Source: a virus (Duplodnaviria; Caudoviricetes). Taken from it: a DNA stretch of 49,332 nucleotides. Below the pieces are notes generated by a model, which worked only from the letters and a program-made list of their open reading frames with translations, was not told where the DNA came from and ran no database searches. The DNA lies in the IMG/VR virus record IMGVR_UViG_3300025451_000018, positions 1 to 49,332 of that record, one strand, 5' to 3'. Positions 10,053-19,008 of the stretch are shown in pieces (within the stretch, counting starts at the first letter, position 1; every line of letters starts with the position of its first letter). A program made the translations under genes and the position numbers.

Positions 10053-10924
10053 CCCCTGAGCAGTACGCTGCTCGCCAGCAACTGATCACGGCTGCGGTTG
10101 CTAATTTCACCTACCAGTTCGGGAAGCTGTTCACGCAGAGAGCGTTGACGCCGACTGAATGGTTGCAGTTGTTGCAGTTCCTATTCCCCGAGGTCCAGTT
10201 GCGGCGGCAGCAAGCCGCCGTCCTGGCGCGGGAGTTCTACGACGCGCAGCGACTGAGTTACCACCCCACCACCCGGAACGATGTGTCTCTGGAGGGCACT
10301 GACTTCAAGGTGTTCATGCAGTCGATGGAGCCGGTGCGGAAGCGGATGTCTCAGGCAGACAGCCCTTCTGACGCACTGACGATGTTGACGATGCAGGTTG
10401 TGCGGGAGGTAGAGAACGCTGGTAGGCGTCAGATCATCCACGCGGTCCAAGAGGAGAAAGAGCCGGGAGTACTTCGGGGCTGGGCACGAGTTGCCACAGG
10501 CCGCGAAACGTGCGGCTGGTGCTTGATGTTGATCTCCCGTGGCCCGGTCTACCTTGAGGCGAATACAGCAGGGTTGGACCTGGACGAGGAGTCCGCTCAG
10601 CGGATGATCGCTGCTGGCGAGGATGTCAGCGAATACATGGAGGAGTGGCACACAGGCTGCGACTGCAAAGTGATTCCGGTTTTCAAGGCCGACGATTGGG
10701 ACAACAGTCCTTACGGTCGTGCGGCTGCGAGGGCTGGGGATCTGTGGGGCGATGCTATGGCAGAAGCCCGAATCGTTCTGGAGGAGGACCCGGACAAGGT
10801 CCATACGACAGGCAAGAAGCGCGGCCAGGCGGTCACGCTGAATGAGGAAGCGATCAATGCGCTTCGTCGCCGTCTCGCGAGAGGCGGTATCAACACATCC
10901 GAGTTCGCTGGTCTTGCAGCGTGA
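10049..10924 (+). CDS. Capsid maturation protease (MuF-like)
   Basis: GWARVATGRETCGWCLMLISRGPVY...WHTGCDCKVIPVF; between portal and scaffold. Confidence 0.8.
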   Translation: MTPEQYAARQQLITAAVANFTYQFGKLFTQRALTPTEWLQLLQFLFPEVQLRRQQAAVLAREFYDAQRLSYHPTTRNDVSLEGTDFKVFMQSMEPVRKRMSQADSPSDALTMLTMQVVREVENAGRRQIIHAVQEEKEPGVLRGWARVATGRETCGWCLMLISRGPVYLEANTAGLDLDEESAQRMIAAGEDVSEYMEEWHTGCDCKVIPVFKADDWDNSPYGRAAARAGDLWGDAMAEARIVLEEDPDKVHTTGKKRGQAVTLNEEAINALRRRLARGGINTSEFAGLAA

Positions 10925-10979
10925 CTCACCTAACCCGAGCCCCTGGTGGGCTCTGTATTTGCCCAGGAGGCAACTAACA

Positions 10980-11480
10980 ATGTCCGATACCGACACCACT
11001 ACCGCTGACACCACCATCGACGCCGGCGTCCCGGAGACGCACCCGGCCCCCGAGGTTTTCAGCAAGGAGTACGTGCAGGAACTCCGTAACGAGGCTGCCC
11101 GTTACCGCACTCAGAAGAATGAGGCGGTTGAGGCTACGAAGACCGCTGTTACGAAGGAGTTCGAGGCCAAGCTGGCTGAGAAGGACGTGGCGCTGACGGA
11201 ACTGCAACAGCAGTTCTCGAATGCACAACTGGAGCTTGAGAAGCTGTATGTGGCTCTCGAAGCGAAGGTTCCGTCTGACAAGGTGCGTGCTTTTGCAGCG
11301 ATCCTGCAAGGCACTGACGCCGAGTCGATCAACGAGTCGGCTGCGTCGGCTAAGGAACTGTTCACGGGGCTTGATCAGAAGAGCCCCGCGTACGACCCCA
11401 CCCAAGGGGCCGGTAGCGGCGTTCTGCCGCTTAACGGTGACCCGCTCCTCAACGCCTTGAAAAAGGTTGTTGGGATCTAA
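10980..11480 (+). CDS. Scaffolding protein
   Basis: YVQELRNEAARYR coiled coil; AGGAGG RBS; precedes capsid. Confidence 0.85.
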   Translation: MSDTDTTTADTTIDAGVPETHPAPEVFSKEYVQELRNEAARYRTQKNEAVEATKTAVTKEFEAKLAEKDVALTELQQQFSNAQLELEKLYVALEAKVPSDKVRAFAAILQGTDAESINESAASAKELFTGLDQKSPAYDPTQGAGSGVLPLNGDPLLNALKKVVGI

Positions 11481-11505
11481 ATCCCTCTTCTAAGGAGAAG
11501 AATCA

Positions 11506-12453
11506 ATGGCATTCGCTGCCAATAACGCAAAGCTGGCACAGACCAGCGACACCATCTTCAGTGGCTACCTCGATCCGGTCCTCGCGCAGGACTACTTCGC
11601 TGAGGCCGAGAAGGTGTCCATCGTTCAGCAGATCGCCCGGAAGATCCCGCTGGGTCCGACCGGTGTGACCATCCCGCACTGGAACGGTTCGGTCTCTGCT
11701 GAGTGGGTCGGTGAGGCCGGTATGAAGCCGATCACCAAGGGCTCGCTCACCAAGCAGTCGATCAAGCCGGCCAAGATCGCGACGATCTTCGCGGAAAGCG
11801 CCGAGGTCGTGCGTGCGAACCCGGCTAACTACCTGGGCATCATGCGTACGAAGATCGCTGAGGCTATCGCCCTGGCGTTCGACGCCGCCGTGCTCAACGG
11901 CACCAACACCCCGTTCGGTGCTTACATTGCACAGACCTCGAAGAGCGTGTCGCTCATCGACTCCGGTGGTGCCGGTGTCGCTACCGACAACAACGCCTAC
12001 AACGGTCTGAACGCGGCTCTGTCGCTTCTGGTCAACGATGGCAAGAAGTGGAACGGCACTCTCTTCGATGAGAAGGTGGAGCCGATCCTCAACGGCAGCA
12101 AGGACGGCAATGGCCGTCCGCTGTTCTTGGAGATCGCCCCGCCGGCCGCTCAGGTCACCCCGTTCCGTTCGGGCTCCATCCTGGGCCGTCAGACGATCAT
12201 CTCGGACCACGTCCAGAACGGCACCACGCTGGGTTACGCCGGCGACTGGAGCCAGGTGGTCTGGGGTCAGGTCGGCGGTCTGTCCTTCGACGTGACCGAC
12301 CAGGCCACGCTGAACTTCGGCACCGAAGGTTCTCCCAACCTCGTGTCGCTGTGGCAGCACAACTTGGTCGCGGTCCGTGTCGAGGCCGAGTTCGGCGTGC
12401 TGGTCAATGACCCGCAGGCGTTCGTCAAGCTGACCAACGTCGTCACTGCCTAG
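11506..12453 (+). CDS. Major capsid protein (HK97 fold)
   Basis: WVGEAGMKP, GDWSQ, SLWQHNLVAVRVEAEFG motifs. Confidence 0.95.
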   Translation: MAFAANNAKLAQTSDTIFSGYLDPVLAQDYFAEAEKVSIVQQIARKIPLGPTGVTIPHWNGSVSAEWVGEAGMKPITKGSLTKQSIKPAKIATIFAESAEVVRANPANYLGIMRTKIAEAIALAFDAAVLNGTNTPFGAYIAQTSKSVSLIDSGGAGVATDNNAYNGLNAALSLLVNDGKKWNGTLFDEKVEPILNGSKDGNGRPLFLEIAPPAAQVTPFRSGSILGRQTIISDHVQNGTTLGYAGDWSQVVWGQVGGLSFDVTDQATLNFGTEGSPNLVSLWQHNLVAVRVEAEFGVLVNDPQAFVKLTNVVTA

Positions 12454-12460
12454 TCACTTT

Positions 12461-12488
12461 GGAGGGGGCCCCTTCGGGGGCCCTCTCC
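12461..12488 (+). terminator. GC hairpin after the major capsid gene
   Basis: GGAGGGGGCCCC-TTCG-GGGGCCCTCTCC; no U-tract. Confidence 0.55.
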
Positions 12489-12509
12489 GAGTGCGTGGAA
12501 AGGATTCAA

Positions 12510-12671
12510 ATGGCAAAGGTTATTCACCAGGGCGGCGCTGCCGCCGAGGTCGATGACGCTTTCGTTGAGGCTCTGCTCGCTACCGGCGAGTGGGAGGTCG
12601 CTGGCGCACCGGCTCCGGTTCGCCGCACCCGCAAGCCCAAGGTCGAAGAGGCTCCCGCTACCGAAGAGTGA
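12510..12671 (+). CDS. Small head-associated hypothetical protein
   Basis: AAAGGA RBS; typical slot after capsid. Confidence 0.65.
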   Translation: MAKVIHQGGAAAEVDDAFVEALLATGEWEVAGAPAPVRRTRKPKVEEAPATEE

Positions 12672-12679
12672 GGTGAGAT

Positions 12680-13054
12680 ATGGCGTACGCCAGCGCATCT
12701 GACGTAACAGCTCGTTGGGCACGCACACCCACTGACGAAGAGAACACGCTCATCACCGTCCGGTTGGAGGATGCTGAGCGGTTGATCCGGCGACGGATCT
12801 CTGACTTGGATGACCGTATCAACGCGGGGACGATCCTCGAAGAGGACGTTATTCAGGTTGAAGCGGAAGCGGTTCTGAGGCTTGTCCGTAACCCCGAGGG
12901 TTACATGTCGGAGTCTGACGGCAACTACACGTACATGCTCCGTAACGATATCGCTACTGGCCGGCTTGAGATCCTTGCCGACGAGTGGGAGATCCTAGGG
13001 GTGACCCGGCGTCGGTTCGGGGTTCTGGTTCCGAATGTGGTGTTGCCGCAATGA
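12680..13054 (+). CDS. Head-to-tail adaptor
   Basis: AYASASDV...VLRLVRNPEGYMSESDGNYTY. Confidence 0.85.
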   Translation: MAYASASDVTARWARTPTDEENTLITVRLEDAERLIRRRISDLDDRINAGTILEEDVIQVEAEAVLRLVRNPEGYMSESDGNYTYMLRNDIATGRLEILADEWEILGVTRRRFGVLVPNVVLPQ

Positions 13055-13191
13055 CGGAACCGATCGTTCACCGGTATGACCCGCGCAATGTCGATGCACG
13101 CAAGTGTGATCACGAGGCTGATCCCCCGGTTTGTTGGTGCGTCCATGATTGGCGCATCGGACCGTGGAGTAACGCGGAACGGAAGGTCTAA
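13051..13191 (+). CDS. Small Cys/His-rich hypothetical protein
   Basis: KCDH...CWCVHDWRI; coupled by ATGA/TAATG overlaps. Confidence 0.65.
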   Translation: MTEPIVHRYDPRNVDARKCDHEADPPVCWCVHDWRIGPWSNAERKV

Positions 13192-13544
13192 TGAGCCTAC
13201 TCGACCGTAACCACCCGGAGGACGTGATCGTCTACCCGGAAGAGGTTGTGACCGACATGGACGGGAACATCCGTACCCGGCCTTCGACGGTCGGGTTTCC
13301 CGCTAAGGCGCGTATGCAGCCGCTGGGGCAGTCGGGCACTTCGTCCCGACGCCAGGAGCAGGACAACGAGGGCTTCGAGTCGGAGCGGGTGTACAACATC
13401 CGCTTCCCGAGGGACATGCCGTTGCTGGGCGCACAGACCCAGATCGAATGGCGGGGTGTCCGTTGGGCTTTGTTCGGCACCGAGGTGTTGTACAACAACT
13501 CCCCCCGTACCCGGCACGTCACCTACACCATCAAGAGGTTCTGA
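13191..13544 (+). CDS. Head-to-tail stopper
   Basis: MSLLD...DGNIRTRPS...SGTSSRRQEQDNEGF; synteny. Confidence 0.8.
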   Translation: MSLLDRNHPEDVIVYPEEVVTDMDGNIRTRPSTVGFPAKARMQPLGQSGTSSRRQEQDNEGFESERVYNIRFPRDMPLLGAQTQIEWRGVRWALFGTEVLYNNSPRTRHVTYTIKRF

Positions 13545-13966
13545 TGGCTGTCAGGTTGAAGGGTCGCAAGTTCGTCAACGGCACAGCCGCACACCACCAC
13601 GAGACTCAGAATGCGCTTCGCCGGCTGACTCGTGAGGTTGAGGCTAAGGCCAGGGGGAATCTACGCGCTGCTCGCAGTACTACGGAGTGGACGAAGATCG
13701 CTGACCCGGACGGCTTGACGCATGTCGGGGCTGCGACGGACTCAGGTAAGTACGGTGCCCTCGACTACTACGTGTACATGGAAGCGTACAAGCAAGGCGC
13801 TATGGCGCTTGAGTTCGGCCACGCACCTTCTGGTGTGTTCGGTCCTGACGGCGCTTACGCCCATGTGAAAACCCGTGCCCCGCATGGGTTGTACATCCTC
13901 ACGCGAGCAGCCGGCCTTGGCGGGTTGACGAGTGTTTCTAGCGGAGCGAAGCGAGGTAAGCGGTAA
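13544..13966 (+). CDS. Neck/tail-completion protein
   Basis: AMALEFGHAPSG...GLYILTRAA; synteny. Confidence 0.7.
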   Translation: MAVRLKGRKFVNGTAAHHHETQNALRRLTREVEAKARGNLRAARSTTEWTKIADPDGLTHVGAATDSGKYGALDYYVYMEAYKQGAMALEFGHAPSGVFGPDGAYAHVKTRAPHGLYILTRAAGLGGLTSVSSGAKRGKR

Positions 13967-14376
13967 TGCCGGTTATGCCCCGCGTTCAATCCGTTGTGCT
14001 CCCGATCATTCGGGAAGCACTGCCCGATGTGACTGTCACATCCTGGGGGGCCGATATTGATTATCGGGATTTCCCCCTCATCAACATTCGCCGTGTGGGT
14101 GGAGTCCGTCACGGTGAGCGTCCCGATCTGTTGGACAAGCCGGTTATTGAAATGACCGCCTACACGACAGTGGGGCTGCCTGAAACCGAGCTGCTTTACA
14201 TGGACGCCCTGGAGGCGCTGTACGACGCGGTTCGGAAACAAACACAGACGGATGCAGGTTATCTGCACTCCATCAAAGAAACGATGGGCATGACCCAGTT
14301 CAGCTCGTTGTTCATGGATTCCTGGCGTGTCCAGGGTCTGATCGCCCTTGGTGTTCGCCCACCGAGATCCACCTAG
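13966..14376 (+). CDS. Tail terminator
   Basis: PRVQSVVLPIIR...WRVQGLIALGVRPP; immediately before major tail. Confidence 0.8.
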   Translation: MPVMPRVQSVVLPIIREALPDVTVTSWGADIDYRDFPLINIRRVGGVRHGERPDLLDKPVIEMTAYTTVGLPETELLYMDALEALYDAVRKQTQTDAGYLHSIKETMGMTQFSSLFMDSWRVQGLIALGVRPPRST

Positions 14377-14394
14377 TACAAGGAGATTCGCCTT

Positions 14395-14979
14395 ATGGCA
14401 CTCAACGATAACGCGGTCTTGACTGCGGCTGTCGGCTACGTGTACACCGCTGCGGTGGGCACTGTTGCTCCGACTCCGACTGCTCTCAAGACGCTCAACC
14501 TGGAAACCACCTCTGGCTGGACGCCGGCTACTTGGAAGCTGCTGGGTCACACCAGCCGCAACGATATGCCCGAGTTCGGTTTCGACGGTGGCGACAGCGA
14601 GGTCAAGGGAACTTGGCAGCGGAAGAAGCTGCGGGAAGTCACCACCGAAGAGCCGGTGGACTACCTGACGCTGTTCCTCAATCAGTTCGATGATGACGCT
14701 CTGGGGCTGTACTACGGCACCAACGCCGTCACCACCAAGGGTCTGTTCTCCGTTTCGGGTGCAGGCAACGCGGTTGTGGAGAAGGCACTGTTCGTCGTGA
14801 TCGAAGACGGCTCGTTCCGTATCGGATTCCACGCCAGCAAGGCGTCGATCAAGCGTGACGATGCTATCCAGCTCCCGGTCGATGATCTGGCTTCGCTGCC
14901 GATCAAGGCCACGTTCCTCCAGCACAGCACCAACCCGCTGTTCACCTGGATTCAGGATGACCTGTTCAACCAGCCGTGA
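14395..14979 (+). CDS. Major tail protein
   Basis: MALNDNAVLTAAVGY...GHTSRNDMPEFGFDGGD. Confidence 0.9.
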   Translation: MALNDNAVLTAAVGYVYTAAVGTVAPTPTALKTLNLETTSGWTPATWKLLGHTSRNDMPEFGFDGGDSEVKGTWQRKKLREVTTEEPVDYLTLFLNQFDDDALGLYYGTNAVTTKGLFSVSGAGNAVVEKALFVVIEDGSFRIGFHASKASIKRDDAIQLPVDDLASLPIKATFLQHSTNPLFTWIQDDLFNQP

Positions 14980-15000
14980 TCGGCTGAGTTGACCTAGTCC

Positions 15001-15040
15001 GGGGGGGAGGGGTTCCTCGGCGGGCCTACCCCTCCCCCCC
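15001..15040 (+). terminator. G/C-run hairpin after the major tail gene
   Basis: GGGGGGGAGGGG-N16-CCCCTCCCCCCC. Confidence 0.5.
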
Positions 15041-15085
15041 CTCTTCCAATCTTTCGGCCTGCCAACAACTTACGAAAGGCTCGCT

Positions 15086-15457
15086 ATGTCAAACGTATTT
15101 ACCCTTGATGCTCTCCGCGAAGAAGTCGAACGCGAGTTCGCACCGGTCGAAATCGTCGTGAGCGACGGTACGACAGTCACTCTCCGCAACCTGCTCCGTC
15201 TGTCGAAGACCGAGCGCGACGTTGTGGTGGCGAAGCTGAAGGTGCTTGAAACCATCGACAAAGACGCTGAGGCTGCTGAGGATTCGAACGAGATCGACCT
15301 CCTGGCCGATACCGCCGCTGAGATCCTCGCGCTGGTTGCCGATCACGGCGACAAGCTGATCAAGGAGCTGGACGGCGACGTGTCCGTCATTCTGAAGGTT
15401 CTGAACGTGTGGATGGGATCTACCCAGCCGGGGGAAGCACAGCCCTCGCCGGCCTAA
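15086..15457 (+). CDS. Tail assembly chaperone (short form)
   Basis: MSNVFTLDALREE...TQPGEA; between major tail and tape measure. Confidence 0.9.
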   Translation: MSNVFTLDALREEVEREFAPVEIVVSDGTTVTLRNLLRLSKTERDVVVAKLKVLETIDKDAEAAEDSNEIDLLADTAAEILALVADHGDKLIKELDGDVSVILKVLNVWMGSTQPGEAQPSPA

Positions 15458-15873
15458 TAGACGCGCACGGCGAGGTTCTGATCCCGGATCTTCTGTCCCA
15501 TTACGGGGTGGATATCCGGGACCTGTTTCATCCCGAGAAGCCGCTGTCTCCTAGGTATGTCCTCACTCTGATCATGTACCTGCCTTTGGGCTCCGCGTTC
15601 GTCGCGGAGCGCCGTGGTGGGCAAGAGTTCAGGGATTGGGATATCAGCAGGTATGCGTTGGTCGATGTGGCTAATTCCCTTCGGGGACTTCAGCATCTGT
15701 ATCTGGCTACGCATATCGACAGGCGTAAGGCTTCACTTCCGAAACCGCCAGAACCGTTCCCCACTCCTGAGGAACAGAGAACTAAGAAAGCCGTTACGAA
15801 GGCCGGTTCGTTCGCACACATGGTTGCGACGGCGAAGGCGGCAGCGGAACGTAAAAGGAAGGCAGGGCGCTAG
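15086..15873 (+). CDS. Tail assembly chaperone, -1 frameshifted long form
   Basis: Slippery GGGGGAA at 15430-15436; ORF 15409-15873 is in the -1 frame and lacks its own RBS. Confidence 0.85.
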
Positions 15874-18800
15874 ATGGCTGGTGGTGCAGGGACCGAAGTC
15901 GGTCGGATCTCCATCAAGGTCACACCGGATACCGATGGGTTCCGTTCGGAGCTGTACCGCCAGCTCAAGGCGATTGAGAAGTCGGTTAAGGGCCAGGTCC
16001 CGGTCAGTGCGGATGTGAAGACCGCAGAGGCTGTCGGGCAGATGGCTAGGCTCATGGCGAAGCTCAAGGCCCAGGCTGCTGCCGGTGTCAACGTCGATGT
16101 GGATGTGCGCCAGCGTGGCGACGGGTTCACCAGGAATCTGATCAACAGCCTGAAGAGTCTGGGCGGCGCTTTGGGTGATGCTAAGCGTGGTATCGCGGAT
16201 TACAGCCGCGAGGTTAAGCGTCTGACGGCTGCCCAGCAGCAGCAGAGTCCTCTGCTGATGCACGATCTGGCGGTTCTGCGTTCGCATAACCAGTTGCGCC
16301 GGCGTGGTGTTCAGCATGTGAAGGATTTCGCTGAGGCGTTGAAGCTCCAGCAGAAGTGGCTTCGGGATGCTAACCCGGAGCTGTCGGCTAGCGCCGCCAG
16401 GTGGAAGTCGTGGGCTATGGCCCTGCGGGACGCCAATACCAACGCGACGAACTCCGTTCGGAGTTTCAAGCAGGCGTTCAAGTCGCTGGGTAACAGCGAC
16501 GGCGGTGGTGGTCTTCGGAACATGATCAACCGGCTGCTCGACTTCGGTGACGGAGCTGACAAGGCCAGCGATTCCGCGCAGCGGTCCACGAGGACGTTCC
16601 TGGGGCTGTCCCGGATGGGCTGGCTTGTGGCGGCTGGCTTCGCTGGTGCTGCGCCTGCTGTCGGTTTGGTAGCCGGCCTTATCGCCGGTCTGCCGTCGCT
16701 GATGATGACGTTCGGTGCTGCGGCTGGTGCGATTGCCCTTGGCCTGGATGGGATTAAGGCTGCGGCTGCCACGGTGCAGCCCCAGTTCGAGGCCCTGAAG
16801 GCGTCGGTCGCCCAGAAGTGGGAGACGGGGCTTACCCCGGTCATTCAGGAACTGGGCAAGCTCTTCCCGACGTTCGAGGTCGGTATGGGCCAGGTGACTA
16901 CCGGTCTGATCGACATGGCGAAGGGTATGACTACCGCCCTCACTTCCGGTGAGGGCATGCGTCAGCTTTCCACGATCTTCGAGGGTATCGGCGGGTTCTT
17001 CACGAGTATCGCCCCCGCGATGGGCCAGTTCACCAATTCGTTCTTGCAGCTTGGCTCTGCCGGCGCAAGCTCGTTCGGGCATCTGACCGCTTTCATCTCC
17101 GCGTTCGCCACGCAGTGGCAGGGGATGATCGACCGGGTCACTAACACCCCGGTGTTCGACCAGGCGATGCAGGGTATGTCGCAGGCGCTGACCGGGTTCA
17201 CCGGTCTGTTCACGACGCTGATGGAGTCCGGCCTGGGCGCTATGTCCAAACTGGGTGAGCCGCTGTCGAACATGTTCTCCGGGTTGGGGAATCTGATCTC
17301 TGCCGCTATGCCCGGTCTGACTTCGTTCGCGGGGATGATCGGTAACACGATCGGCAACCTAGGCAACTCGCTTGCTCCTGCGTTCGCTGCGCTGGGCCCT
17401 GTCGTGGACGCTATCCGTCCGACGATCGAATCGCTGGCTACCACGCTGGGTGGCGTGCTTTCTCAGGCTGTTGTGGCTATCGCCCCGGCGCTGACTCAGC
17501 TCGCTCAGGTGATGGGCCCTGTTCTGACCCAGGCCGCTACGGCGCTGGCTCCGATCATCGGGCAGCTCGCTACGACGTTCGGCACGATCCTGCTGACGGC
17601 TGTCCAGGCTCTTGCCCCGGTGATGCCGCAGATCTCTGCGGCGTTCGCAGCGTTGGCCGCTGCGGTCGGCCAGGGGCTGGCTACGGTTCTGCCTCAGTTG
17701 GTGCAGTGCTTTGTGCAGTTGCTGCCGACTCTGGTGTCGCTGCTGCCGGCGTTCCTGCAACTGTTGCAGGCGGTCATCCCGATGGTTCCGCTGTTCTTCC
17801 AATGTGTCGCTGCGGTGATCCAGCTCGCGCTGGCTTTCGCTCCGCTGCTGAGTTCGTTGGCGAACGTGGTGTCGCTTGTCGTACAGGTGATCGCGAAGTT
17901 CGCGGAGTGGGCAGCCACGATCCTGACAGTAGTGGTCGGGGCTATGACCCAACTGGTCAGCAGCATCTCGCAGTGGATGTCGCAGTTCTTCCAGACGATC
18001 GCAGACTGGCTGAACAAAGCGGTGGACAAGGTTCGGGAGTGGGGCACCAATGTTGCTTCCGCGATCGAAGGGTTCGCTGGCCGGATGCTTGAGGCCGGTA
18101 AGAACATGATCCAAGGTCTGATCAACGGTATGGGCTCCATGATGGGCGCTGCCGTGGCGAAGGCCAAGGAGATCGGCTCCAACATCTGGAAGAGCGTCAC
18201 GAACTTCTTCGGCATCGAATCCCCTTCGAAGCTGATGGCCGAAGTTGGTGGTTTCGTCATGGAAGGTCTGACCAACGGCATGGACGCCAACGGGTCGGAC
18301 GCTGTCGCGAAGATGAAGGAGATCGCGAAGGCGATCTTCGAGGCGGCGAAGGAAGTGTTCGGCTCTGCGGCCGGCTTGAATCTAGCGTTCAACTTCGGTG
18401 GCGGCGGTGGTATCGGCCTTGGCGCTGGAGGTGCGGGTGGACCGTTCGGCGGTCTGGCTTCCGGCATGGCGGGTATCGCCTCGTCTGCGAAGGACTTCCA
18501 GACCAACATGGCGAACACGGTGAATCCGGCGAAGCAGTTGGACGCTGGCACTAAGCAGCAGCTTGCTGATCTGACTCAGCAGTTGGCGGTTCTGGAGATG
18601 CAGCGCAAGGAGTTGGAGCTTCGGAAGATCGGCATGGAGAAGGGTCCCGCTCTGGATGCCCTCAAGGCCGAACTGGAGTCTGTCCGTCAGCAGAAGCTGG
18701 CGTTGGGTCTTCAGAAGGATCAGTTGGCGTACGCCCAGAAGTACGAGGGCGCAGTCTCTGATACCGCAGCCAACTACGACCAGCAGGTCAAGGACATGGC

Positions 18801-19008
18801 GAAGATGCCGCTCGACTTCCTCCAGGCCAACGCGCAAACGGCTATGCAGGACTTGGGGATCTCCGGTAACGGGATGCTCACGTCGCTCGCCCAGCAGGGT
18901 CTGGATTACGGCTCGAAGTTCATCTTCAACGTCTCGAATGTTGATGAGGCTATCGCGGTCAAGAACAACCAGATCAACAAGGAATCCCAAGGGATTGTAG
19001 GGAGGTAG
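15874..19008 (+). CDS. Tape measure protein
   Basis: 1044 aa, Ala/Gly/Leu-rich amphipathic repeats; EVGRISIKVTPD N-terminus; FGIESPSK. Confidence 0.95.
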   Translation: MAGGAGTEVGRISIKVTPDTDGFRSELYRQLKAIEKSVKGQVPVSADVKTAEAVGQMARLMAKLKAQAAAGVNVDVDVRQRGDGFTRNLINSLKSLGGALGDAKRGIADYSREVKRLTAAQQQQSPLLMHDLAVLRSHNQLRRRGVQHVKDFAEALKLQQKWLRDANPELSASAARWKSWAMALRDANTNATNSVRSFKQAFKSLGNSDGGGGLRNMINRLLDFGDGADKASDSAQRSTRTFLGLSRMGWLVAAGFAGAAPAVGLVAGLIAGLPSLMMTFGAAAGAIALGLDGIKAAAATVQPQFEALKASVAQKWETGLTPVIQELGKLFPTFEVGMGQVTTGLIDMAKGMTTALTSGEGMRQLSTIFEGIGGFFTSIAPAMGQFTNSFLQLGSAGASSFGHLTAFISAFATQWQGMIDRVTNTPVFDQAMQGMSQALTGFTGLFTTLMESGLGAMSKLGEPLSNMFSGLGNLISAAMPGLTSFAGMIGNTIGNLGNSLAPAFAALGPVVDAIRPTIESLATTLGGVLSQAVVAIAPALTQLAQVMGPVLTQAATALAPIIGQLATTFGTILLTAVQALAPVMPQISAAFAALAAAVGQGLATVLPQLVQCFVQLLPTLVSLLPAFLQLLQAVIPMVPLFFQCVAAVIQLALAFAPLLSSLANVVSLVVQVIAKFAEWAATILTVVVGAMTQLVSSISQWMSQFFQTIADWLNKAVDKVREWGTNVASAIEGFAGRMLEAGKNMIQGLINGMGSMMGAAVAKAKEIGSNIWKSVTNFFGIESPSKLMAEVGGFVMEGLTNGMDANGSDAVAKMKEIAKAIFEAAKEVFGSAAGLNLAFNFGGGGGIGLGAGGAGGPFGGLASGMAGIASSAKDFQTNMANTVNPAKQLDAGTKQQLADLTQQLAVLEMQRKELELRKIGMEKGPALDALKAELESVRQQKLALGLQKDQLAYAQKYEGAVSDTAANYDQQVKDMAKMPLDFLQANAQTAMQDLGISGNGMLTSLAQQGLDYGSKFIFNVSNVDEAIAVKNNQINKESQGIVGR

